This document shows, one piece after another, positions 39,701-50,800 of a DNA stretch of 64,000 nt. Each line of letters opens with the position of its first letter. Positions within the stretch are counted from its first letter, which is position 1. The stretch is taken from the NCBI GenBank assembly GCA_964199315.1, contig OZ116702.1, forward strand, positions 33,852,001 to 33,916,000. Direction: 5' to 3'. Both the position numbers and the translations under genes were made by a program. Under the pieces are notes generated by a model. The model was not told the DNA's origin, searched no databases, and saw nothing but the letters and a program-made list of their open reading frames with translations. Source of the DNA: Orbicella franksi (lineage: Eukaryota).

Positions 39701-42700
39701 ACATACATAGAAGAGTTTAGAAAGCTAAAACCAAAAAAAAAAGCTTGAAAATCACCGAATGTTTTCGACTGTTGAGTCATCAAGGAGAATATAAAGAAGA
39801 TGAATCAGTAGTCGAAAACGATTGGCGTTTTTTGAAACTTGTTTTAGGTTCAGTCTGTTAAATTGTCAGATAAAAATAGAGAAAGTTGACTAGGATTTTG
39901 AACTGTGAAGGAACGTGAACTTATAAATTAACCCTAATTTACATGTTTCTGTTTACCGTGTGATAACTGATTCTCGTGTCTTGTTTCCTATTGCAGTGTT
40001 GTTCCTGCATTGTATAACGCGCTCGACCAATCACAAGACTGCACTCAGTTTTCTCAGTTCACTCTGACGTCACAAGGAGAAGTCACGTGAGTTTTCACGG
40101 TTTTTTTTATGTGTAAACTACTGTCATCTGTCCTTGCTAGTTAACCACGATTTTTTTTCTTTTCACAGCCCGGACGCGACACCAACCAGTACCCCTGGTG
40201 AGTTCTTTGTCAAGTCACTTCAAAGACAACGTTGATTTTTAAAAGAAGTGTCTTTATTTCATTTCGTAAACACATTCTCACGCGTAGCCTTCTCAGAAAG
40301 CGGAAAATCTAGAAAACTAAGCATAAATTATGCAGCTTATTTTATACAATATATCTTAACATTCCTCTTCATAACCGTTGCCGAGTTTAATAAATCGTTA
40401 TTTCATGTTCGTTAAATGAACGAGAAATTATCTGTTTAGTAACTTGTTTATTTCCTGTTGATATCTGCTCCTTTCAGTGGAACTGGTGTCATTCAAATTA
40501 GTTTTATGTTTGCTTTCTCATTGTTATTTTAGAAGAAGAAAAGGATCTCTCCCTGGTACGAAACAACAATGGCGACGAGTTAACGTTGAAGAACAAGAAA
40601 GAGCTTGAGGCTGACCCAGTTTCGTCAGGTGTAGAGAAGAGTGAAGTTAAAGATAGCAACGAAACAACAAAGAAGACAGTTAAAGAACTTAAAACTGTAG
40701 ACAGTGAAAAGGAAGTTGAGGAGGTGATGGAGTACGGTGCTGGCGAAATATCGCATGACGAAAGTGAAGACGATGCTGAAGAAAAAGTAAACGCTGCTAC
40801 CAATAAAACAGCAGAAACGGTTGAAGATGTAACCACAATTGAGAAAGAAATGCAGTGCGGTGATGACGAATGCGAAGTGACGTCACCTGACGTCATACCT
40901 TCGTCACAGACGCCAAGTTTTGAGTCTCCGTTCCAGTCCCTTAGACGAGTGATGATTCCGCTCGAGGCCATTTTGCCCAGTTCATTGGAAACAATGAGAA
41001 ACAAAGGGAATTCAGAAAGAAAGCAACTTGAAAAAACGGAAGGGATTAAAGAAGATGAAGCAGTGCTGGAAACAAAGATGGATGTATTAGAGACAAATGA
41101 GGTTGACGAATTGTCATCTGTGAAACCAGAGGAACCACCCGCTACTAAAATGAAGGTGTCCCCAATCGCCAGGCGAACAAGGAGAAGATTGCAACGGAAA
41201 ACCAACGTCGAAAAGAACCCTTCCCGCGAGGAACCCGAAGACGAACCCGGAGAACAAGAGGTCAGCGAACTTATGCACAAAGATCCTGAAAAGTCAAATG
41301 AACCAACCGTCACAATGAAACCCGCTGAACTAACTATCGCGGGCGTAACCAGAGATGCAACGTCGTCTCCAGTCCTCAGCGCCAAGAACAAGTTTCTGCG
41401 TCCGTTTGCAGCAGGTGGAAGTCCTTGTCGTGTGACATTACGCGGGAGAAATTCACCATGCGTTTCACCGACAACTGGAATTTTAAAGAAGTGGCCTGGT
41501 AGTAAGCAGGCAATTGACTCGCCCTCTCCTCCTGGAAAGGTATTTTTGCCGTTCTTGATTTAGAAAATCAAAAGTTCATTGCACGATTTGCAAAGAATCA
41601 ATGCATGAGCTCATTAGCGCTTTTGCCACCCAGAAATTTTACAGTTTTTGAAAGCCTTGAATAATATACCCAAAGATCCAAGAATTTCAACTATCACTAA
41701 GTTTCACAAGCTCTTTAAATTCGTACCTAGCATGATTCTTTCTCAGCTGCGCAAAGTGGTGTGTCAACTTAAACCATAACTGAAGCAACGATCGCTCCAT
41801 GTCGTCATCTCTATGGCAGTTGGTTCATGAACATTGGTTTTCTTTTCAGGTGCGGAGAGTGTCGTTTGCTCTTCCTGAAAAAGATGGCAGTTCTGAAGAG
41901 TCACAAGAAAAGTCCTTAGAAACAAATACCACTGCTTTTCAATTGAAGACGTCCAGCTCTTCTCCTTTTACGGCTATTAAGCAGGTATAAAAAATCAAAT
42001 AATTACACTGCTAGGTCTTCTAACCGAGCTAGTGAAAACCAGTCTTAAGCCACGTTAGTTTTAATTCCGGGAGCTGATGGGCGAAATAAAGTCTTTGTGG
42101 TCCGGAGAGTAAGATGTTTGACACTGAAGGAAGTTTGTTTTTCCCTTTACATTTCAGCGGCGACCTGTGCCTGTAAGCAGTGACCTTTGTACTCAAGACC
42201 TGACTGACTGTATGTTCCCGGATCTTGTGTCTTGCACTGCACCAGTTGAACAGATACTTCCTTCCATTCTCACCATGTCCTGGTCACGTGGTATGGGTCA
42301 CTTGGTACGCGCGCAGAATATTCACACCATTGGAAGCTTGTCAGCTCTCAAAGAGGAACAGGTAACTAGGGGCGATGGGATGTTTGGTGACTTTTGTCTA
42401 GGGCCAATTCTTCAATTAAAACAGGTTTTCGTTGAAAATATTGTGTTTATTCATTAAAGCAATTGTTTCCAAACGCAATAACAGATAGACGCTGATATCT
42501 AGTTTATAAAATTCAACAAAAGATCCTTTCATGAGACGGGCTTTAGTCGTTTTAGTTTCAGTAGGAAGGCTCATTGCGTGTCGCGAATATTTAGTCACGA
42601 AATTTCAAATCGCCACAGTATTTTAACCGTTTTGGTAAATATACACCTCATGATACACAAACCTTTCTAGTTGTGAAAATACTAATAATTTGTTTTAAAA

Positions 42701-44047
42701 AAACTGTTGTTTTTTAGGTGAGGAATTTGCCCATTAAATCGCCCAAGGTACCAACTCTGAAGAAGGCCTTAAGAAGATTTCACCAAAGTCAAAGAGGCAG
42801 AAATTCAAAACCACTCGCTGCGAAACTAACGGCGGAAGCTTCGCTGAAAGAGGAGAATAAAAATATAGAAGGTACGGTTGGTCATGTGACCTTTCCAATC
42901 AAAAGAAGAAAGTTAGCACTGAAATGGGTTGCCGGAAATAAAAAGAACGGGACCATTTTAGAAATCAATTTCGCCGTGTGTTCCAAAACTAGTTACAGAA
43001 TGACATCATTTCTCGATAATTTCCGTAACGTTTCTGTAACTGACCGTAAAATTTTGGGTACGCTCTTTCTCGTTTTACTTCAATGTCGCCGAACCTTACT
43101 CCTTTCTCGACCTGAGTGTAATTTGTCCTCCAAAAAAAGGTTTCAAATTTGAGTGTGAATTGCTGACCCGCTTGCTTTCTTTTATCACAGAGATTGATGC
43201 CTCTTCTGAGCGTGCCCAGCTCCCAAGCGAGGCCCACGTGGTGATGGAGCCAATCAGCATGAAGGATTCTGTTGGAGATAACCTGGAAGCGACATCCACG
43301 GGTGAAGAGTGCTTAGAGACAGCCGAGGAGTTGAGGGGTGAAGAAACTGGGTCTACTGACGAGTGCGACTCGAATGAACCCGACATTGAAAGCGTCGTTG
43401 ATGACGAGAAAGTGGGGTGCAACAAGGCCTTAGAGTCAAATGAACCCGAGATTATCACTATCACAGAGGGGGTGAATGTTTCTGGTGACGCCATGTGGGG
43501 CAGTAGTGAGGGAGGATCAGCGGACCATGTGAATGAACGCTCGGGCGATGAGGAGTCAGCCAGTCAAAACCGTACTACGCATGACTCCGACGCTATGGAA
43601 ACATCCGCTGACATCGCCACCCCACAGCGTGAAACTTGCGCCCAGCCGACTAAATTATTCTCATGCGAGAAATCGGTCGAGCAGAGTGCGAGAATTGATG
43701 AAACGTCGACTCACGAAGAGGATTTATCAGGAGAGGTCAATGACAAATCCAAGCAAAACGAACTTACTGAATCAACGAAGGCGGCCCAAGTTACTAGTGA
43801 AGAATCTGCTACGCTCCCCTCGACTGCAGGCACCGAAAGTAATTTAGCTGTCGAAGAAGAAGGCTGCAGGGAAAAGGAGAAATTCTGTGACTGTTTACGT
43901 TCCCTAAAGGATCTTGCGTTACCTGACGTCTTGCGTGATTTGTCCAGTGAGGAGATTTTCGAAGCGCATCACAACCTGACGGAAATTATGTCAGAGGTTG
44001 TCCAAGCTTTGAGGGGCCGCTGGCAATCTCCGAGATCCAAGAAATAA
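24885..44047 (+). CDS. RIF1: Telomere-associated / replication-timing protein RIF1, 39 coding exons, about 1955 aa
   Basis: Phase-consistent exons: 24885-24994, 25423-25498, 26390-26475, 26798-26835, 27932-28035, 28475-28566, 28704-28797, 29187-29285, 29458-29550, 29813-29866, 30421-30505, 30727-30776, 31084-31191, 33050-33380, 33496-33609, 33841-33903, 34009-34103, 34312-34469, 34891-34995, 35122-35197, 35586-35690, 35852-36001, 36175-36405, 37064-37224, 37577-37637, 37718-37813, 37961-38067, 38153-38210, 38407-38439, 38678-38854, 39276-39377, 39528-39607, 39997-40086, 40169-40197, 40533-41539, 41850-41984, 42158-42361, 42718-42871, 43191-44047. Hallmarks: QVDAYL, AWNILIDNFALSP, TNDVNQGDALEHDFS, AEANICCEEL, FWNATF, LTEHQKE, PP1 motifs GILK...VRRVSF, MFPDLVSC, LPIKSPKV and C-terminal RGRWQSP. 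Confidence 0.95.
25819..26042. mobile_element. 224-bp hAT-like MITE in RIF1 intron 2
   Basis: TIR CAGGGCTCGAAAAAA / TTTTTTGAGCTCTG. The flanking 8-mers GATTTGAG and GACTGGAG match at 6 of 8 positions (possible decayed 8-bp TSD). Confidence 0.65.
27684..27714. repeat. (ATT)n microsatellite (another at 61546-61585)
   Basis: Direct reading. Confidence 0.9.
30801..31000. other. Assembly gap (200 N) inside RIF1 intron 12
   Basis: Run of N. The flanking exons join in frame (…LIMTPLR|NLAVKERNES…) and are collinear with vertebrate RIF1, so no coding exon appears to be missing. Confidence 0.95.
31353..32646. mobile_element. About 1.3-kb non-autonomous TIR element in RIF1 intron 13
   Basis: TIR CAAGGCTGCTGCCTAA / TTAGGCAACAGCCTTG. 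Subterminal GG(C/T)(G/T)CCTAA motifs occur at both ends, and TTTTC flanks both sides. No transposase ORF. Confidence 0.7.
38895..39251. mobile_element. hAT-like MITE in RIF1 intron 30
   Basis: TIR CAGGGGTGCCACAG / CTGTGGCAACCATG with repeated internal TCAGGGAAA motifs. No clear TSD. Confidence 0.65.
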
Positions 44048-46344
44048 AGAGACTAAGCGTTAAAAACTACCATGTCAAATTATTTGTCGGTAGCTCTTAA
44101 AAACAGCGGGAGAGTGATTGAGAATTATTTCTACTGGATTTGAATTCTCAAGAGCAGGTCGTTTGAAAGAATACTTCACCATTTTGGATTATGTTGGATT
44201 TAAGATATTTTAAAAACAATGTCTGGCAGTGTAAAAATGTTGAAAGACTACGTATTTGTTTAGAAAAAGTTCAAGATTAGTTTTGAAACATATGCATATG
44301 TACAAAGAAATCTGCCAATGAGTTTTTCATTCCTATCAAATTGTAAAGTCGGGTTTAAGTAAGTTGTAATAAATGTCTTAGTCAAATATTTGTAAGTTGT
44401 CTTTCTGCGAAGCTCGGAAAAACTCGTGTACGACAGAAGAGCTTGAGGCGGCGGTATTCGAAGGGACGTTGCTAGACAACATGACGTAATGACGAAAACC
44501 TGACGAAGAGGTTTCCGGGTGGTTGGCGATTCTTATAATCCAATCAGAAACAGAGCGAGTACTCGGAAAATTAGAATTTCATGTCGCAGAGCAACGATCT
44601 TGCCCGATGCTGCGAGAGAAATCCATTGAAAACGAGTTTTTGAGCCTGCTGATATGGGAGCTGTGAAGAAGATAATGGAGGCTTCGACCGAAATGTAAAG
44701 TTTATTTTTATATCTCAATTACTACGCGCGCTGTGATTGGTCAGTTTAGTGGGCCGTTTTCTACTGTATACGGCCAGCTAAATTTTAAAGCTGTTTTTGT
44801 TGCCAAAATGTTTCGTGATTTATCGCTAGGTGTTCTTAAAACTCTCTATTCAAATTGTGTATTAAAACGTTCTAAGAACTCCACAACGGTTTCAAATTGA
44901 CTCGTGGACGTGCGTTAGAAATTTGAAGCTGTTCCGCATGAATAGAAATCACCCTCGAACCCGTCTGACACACTGGAGAGATACAGTAAATATCTTATTA
45001 ATCTCATCTGCTCGGTCTATACTGTAAGTTACCGATCCGCGCTCTTCCCCTTTCGATATTTGGCCCGCTCGCTTCGCGCTTGGACCATAAATCGAAGGGG
45101 GAAAAACTCGGTCCGTAGCTTACACTACGAACCGAGAAGACGAGGTTAGTAAGAGGTGTATAAATGAATTTTTGGAGTGGTGCCAAAACTTGGAATTTTG
45201 GGACATGGATGTTGCCCATCAAACGAGCTGAGCTTGCCGAAAACAAGTGAGAGTTGACGTCGTCTGTTGTATGAAACGGGAGACAACTCTCGTATCCTGC
45301 TCTTGTTGAATCACGTGAACATTACATCAGCTTTAACTTCGTTGATACCTCACAAGATTCTGAGAGAGCGCCACACTTGAATACAAAACGACAGTGCGAG
45401 TTTGAACTGTCGGGAGGTCGAAGCCGGGAACTTGGGTTTTCAAAAGCCCACTTCAAGTGTAAAACGGTATCAAGATTGAACATTTAGGTCATTTAGCTCC
45501 TTGCGTCTGCACAAGCGCGCCAAGCTTTTACGCCGCTCTCGCGCTCTCAGAAACGCCACTGCTACACAGCCTGAAAAAATAAAGGGGCTGTCAGTAAGAT
45601 ATGTGTAATGTTGAGGATCAGATAGCTTATTTACAAAATGTTGAAAGTGCAAAGACCAGCAATGATACCAAAGCAAATTCTAAGGACTACCAGCTGAGGA
45701 GAAATATGACAATTTTCATAAACTCCTCTGATTAAAATTTTGAACGATTGAAATCTGTCAGATGTTTTTTTTTTTTACTTCTTGTTGTGAGTTAAGGCTT
45801 CCAACAGATTTTCTTGACAGCCACCACCGGAGAAAAACTACGGGTAAAATGAAAAAATTCCTGGCGGGGGACGAGAATTGCACAGCGGGCTGCCAGATCA
45901 ACAATACATTTGTCTCTCAGACGAATCCGACTTTAAATCCTTTTCACTACAAAGCTGACTTAAGATTTTAAGAAGACAAGAGATATTTTACATCGGTTTT
46001 TTAATTTTTTTTAAAAAAAGCTCAAAATGTGGCGAGCTTCTGATGTAAAGTTCAAGCAATAATTTGATTGTAAATATCGGTTAATATTGAAGCAAGTTGA
46101 TCTTCCTGGATTTTCTGAGGATTTTAAAGCAGCAAGGGACATTTCACATGTCTGAATTAAACCACGCGTCTGAGGACATAGGTCTGCTGGTTCGGGTAAG
46201 TACAGCGCCCCTTTTACTAATTAGTTCATTAGTCAACCTCCAGATCTCGGTGATTTGGTTGTCTAACCAAAACAATGAATGAGTTATAACCTGCTTGATG
46301 AAAGGGATTTTTGCCTATGTTTATTTCTTATGTTTTCATTACAG

Positions 46345-46882
46345 TCCGAGGCGTCAAAACCTGTCAAAAAATTTGACTAGCAATTAGAGAAAATATTCGC
46401 GTCCGTGTTGGGAATGTACAGTTTTGTTCCTTTCGCGTTGAAATTTACCAAGCCAGATAGGTCGAGGTCTGTAAGTGGTTGGCCCTTGATAACAACGAGC
46501 TGGGCTCCCTGAACTCAAGGTTAACAAGATCAAAATAATATGTTGAGGTTTGGCAGCGGATTCAGGGCATTTGTATTTAGGTCATAATGCTTGAAGACGA
46601 TAGAAACGAGCCAGGGAAGGTGAGAACTTGTTTTTAATTCAGCCTTCTAATTTTGATTCCAACTCCAAGGAAATCAGTCACTTAGAATGATGGTATAAGC
46701 TATGTCGCAGACGGTAGTTTCATGGGGTAAAATTAATTAGATTAGATGTTAATCTAATCTTAAATTAAACGGAGGTAAACTTTGCAGTTATGCGACTAAA
46801 ACTAATCCCCAGGTTAAAGTTATTTTATTTTAGTTTGCATTACACTTATCTGACGACCCGCCTGTCAATTTTCTCGTTCAAC
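46345..46882 (+). CDS. Putative 5' exons of the ABCB-like gene (uncertain)
   Basis: Candidate non-coding exon ending at 46195 (GG|GTAAGT). Exon 46345-46470 has an ATG at 46414 (MYSFVPFALKFTKPDRSRS|GTAAGT). Exon 46581-46619 reads VIMLEDDRNEPGK|GTGAGA. Possible exon 46834-46882 reads FALHLSDDPPVNFLVQ, resembling the PPVSF motif before TM1. The junction to 47834/47844 is not resolved. Confidence 0.35.
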
Positions 46883-47843
46883 GTAACGTTTTTTTAAAAA
46901 AAAAAAAAAAACCTTGAACAAGAAAATTGACAGGCGAAGCTTCTAATTATTACGCCAGAAATTGTTTAATCAATAACCGGCTAATTCCACAATTGACATG
47001 TGTTTAGCTTGAAACCTGACCTAGTATCTAAACAATAAACTGTTAGTGAGCTTATCTTAAAAAATTTAACGCGCATTTTTAGTGATAAACTCGTCCGTAA
47101 TCTGTCTCTATAGGTCTCAATCTTAATCACCTTTGTTTCTTTGCTATTTTTCAGCTTACTTAACTGTAATTTAAAGATTACCTTAACTTTTCTCTAATTG
47201 TGTTGCATCGCAAAAGTGTCTTTAAAATATCTCAAGGCATATCTCATCGATTCTCACGTGATAAGGACGGAAGTTCGCGAAAGGACTAAAATTAGTGCCA
47301 GTCTCCGAAATTTACATGAGCGTGCGGTAGTTGCTAGCGTGGTTGCTATGTGCCAGAACCTCAAAAGAGAGTTTAAAAATACGTGTGGCAGTCTCTTGTC
47401 TCTATAATTTATTTAAGAACAACCAATTATCAAATTGCATATTTGAATATAATAACAAACGAAATTAACCAGTTGCAGTTTGTTCCATTGGAAAACAACA
47501 ACATCAACAATTTATTTAAATATAAGTTAAGTGGATGTCGAGCAGATGCCATTATCTTGTATCATTGAGCTTCATTGAGAGAGCGTCCAGAAAGTTTCCT
47601 TTAAATTGCTCATTTCCTCTTGTAAACTGTGTATTTAACTCAGTTTGAAGTTTGCACAGTTTCAGTATTTTTTTGCAGAAAACCAGCAGCAAACACTATT
47701 TCCCTTACTTCATTGATTCCCTCTGACTAGTTTTAAGGGAGACGAGGGTGCATTTTGATTTCAAAGTTCACGATTTAAAAGGAAGGGACTCTAATCGACG
47801 AAATACAGTATTTACCTGTTGGTGTTGATTTAGTTTGTTTCAG

Positions 47844-50800
47844 ATGTGGTCTCTCGTGTTTTAATGATTTGTGGGTCCCTCATGGCAATAGCTAATGGGC
47901 TGATTCCATCTCTGGGAGCCATGATCTACGGCAAGATGACGGATGAGCTTGTTATCCATGAAAACTACAGCTGTACGCTTAACGAGAGTATTACTTCTGT
48001 TAGATTAAGAAACCTGGTGACACTGGAGATGATTCATCCCCGGTTAGAAGGAATAAACGTTACGGAAACAAAATCGCTTGAAGTTACGGTAAACGAAACT
48101 GGAATACAGGTGAAAGTTGTCGGCTTGAACGGTGAGCTGCTAAACCAAACAGTTTTCGAGGGAAGGAACTCAACTCGTTATAATACAACATCAGTGTTTC
48201 TTAACGGGACAACTCTGAACGGAACAGAATTAACTGGAATTGAGGTAAACGGGACTCGTGTTGACACGGTGAAGTCAAAGGAGAGAATTTCTGTAAAGCA
48301 AAAAGATAGCATAGGTCCTGTTCAGAGTATTAAAATGTTACCTGTGACACCAACATCCAAAGTTCTGCCCGAAACAAATAATGTAAATTACACGCTGCGA
48401 AACATCACGGAAAACTGCCGCTTATCTCAAAACAGAATTGAGGAAAAGATGAGCAAATATGCCCTTTATTATGTGTATGCGGCCATTGGAACATTGCTTT
48501 TTGCGCTCGGACAGAATGTGATGTGGAACATTGCTTCAGAGAGGGCAGTTAAAAACTTGAGCGAAAATTTAACAGATGCAATGCTGGACAAAGATCCCGG
48601 ATTTTACGACACCAAGATACATGAGGGTGTGGTTAACTTGGAAAGTATTACGTAAGTATGACAAAAAAATTGTTGGTGAATAGAAACATGTTGCTTTGCT
48701 ACGAACAAATAAAGTAAACATTTCAATAGACAAAACGAAGCAAATAAATAAATAAATAAATAAATAAAAATAGCATTTGTGCATCAATCGGGACAAAAAG
48801 AAAAATAGAACTTCTTGCAGCCCCGTGAGAGATTTGAACTCTCGACCCCTGGTTTACAAGACCAGTGCTCTAACCACTGAGCTAACGAGGCTGGTACACT
48901 GGCCGTTGTCGTTTATTTTTATTGTTTTTAACGTACCTGTTTTTACGCGTCTGTGCAGTATTTTTTAACGCGCAAATATAAGACTCATCACATACTTGAG
49001 TGAGAACATAGGATAAATGTGTAATATGTGATAGTTCCCCTGGAAATGAACCAAAAGTTCAAAGTCTCATCCCAGAGAAGAAAAGTTTTAGGTGTAGTAA
49101 GATGTTATTGTCTCTGTGAGCCATGGTACACATCCAACAAGGTGGACAACTTTTTACGGCTTTTTACGGCTTGCAGTGTGACCTGAAATAAACTACTTCT
49201 ATCATTTTTTCGTACAATGATTTGAGACCCTTAATTTTAATTTTAGTTACACAGATAAAACTGTTAAAAGTTATGTGTAATAGCATGTCAGCCTCGTTAG
49301 CTCAGTGGATAGAGCACTGGTCTTGTAAACCAGGGGTCGAGAGTTCAATTCTCTCACGGGGCTTTTGCATTTTTTTGTAATTGTTTTTCTGCTTGATGCG
49401 AACTCCAATTCTCAGTTATACATCCTTAAATTGTATGTTATACATTTTATAGAGAATTTGTTGGTCCTTTTTTATTATAAATATCTACCTGTCTAATGGT
49501 GTAATGATCACCATTATCTGTTCTACCAAATCAAAACGTCTTTTTTTGTGTGTCAGAGATCCTCGAGAAGCTATCAGCCAACACGACCTCGACGCGCTGA
49601 GCGGGGGCCTGGGCGGAGAGATAGCGTACTTGATACAGAGTGTATCAAATGTGATGTCTGGATTTCTTGTCAGCTTCATTGAAAACTGGAAAATCACGCT
49701 ACTAATGATGGCTGCTGGGCCTGTCCTAGCGGTTGTTCAAGGTATCGCGCACAAGGTAAAGGTACAGCAGTTTTATCGTCTTTTAGAAATTAAGCAGGAT
49801 AAAAAACAACAACAACAACAACAACAACAAAAAACAAAAAAAACAAAAAACAAAAAAACATTGCAATCCCGTGAGAGATTTGAACTCTCGACCCCTGGTT
49901 TACGACCCCTGGTACGATGACATTCTGGTCGTACCTGCACGTGTAAATTAAAATTAATGATATGATGCCTCTGATCACTAAAGCTGTTTAGTGATTCTGC
50001 GCTCTTTCTAGCTTCACTTGCTCTAAAGCGACTGCGGAAAAAGTAAAGGTATACGTTTTTTCATCCATTTTACAGCGTTCAGGTGGTTCTCGCCACTATT
50101 TGTTGTAAACGTCATAGCCTCCAGGGCCGGAATGTTCGAAAGCCGGTTAACGCTAACCTAGGATAAAAAGTTAATCGAAGTATTCATTTTTCTTGTGTAA
50201 AAATGTTTTTCATTGCTTATGTTTTGTGTAGTTTGTGATTTTTCAAACTCAAACCTGAAGGGCAAACAATATAAACAGAAAACAGCACCCAAAAGTTACA
50301 AAACTCAAATAAAAATTTTCTCTAATCTAGGGTTAGCTTAATCGGGCTTTGAACAACCCGGCCAGTTGCTTCCCGCCATTTTTTCTTACCTACGTCATAG
50401 CTTCCAGTTGTTTCCCGGCTTTTTTTCTTGAGTGCGTCATAGTTTCTAGTTTCTCAGCTTTACGTGGTCCATACGTTACGTCTTCGCCACAATTTGCTGC
50501 GTAAGATACACTTTCTAGTTTTTGTTTCTAACTGACTAAGATTAAAATAATTCTGCATTGCCTTATGAGGATATTGATGATAAATCATGTGCGAACTCGC
50601 CTAAATATACCATGATGTGCAAACAAAATTACGAGTGCAACTGAAATTGACAACACTGGGAGCAACATACTCTATGTTACATGTAAACTCCTTCTCTATG
50701 CATATAATTATTTTTTACAGTTTGAACAAACATTTACACAAAAAAATCTCTTGACTTCTCAAATGGTGTATATTCTTCTGTGATTGTTGTCAGGTGCATG

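Noticed and set aside
40504-41391. 295-aa minus-strand ORF (also 43096-43494, 33094-33375 and 57846-58106)
   Set aside because: Antisense shadows of long stop-poor coding exons of RIF1 and the ABCB-like gene. No splice signals or domain features of their own.
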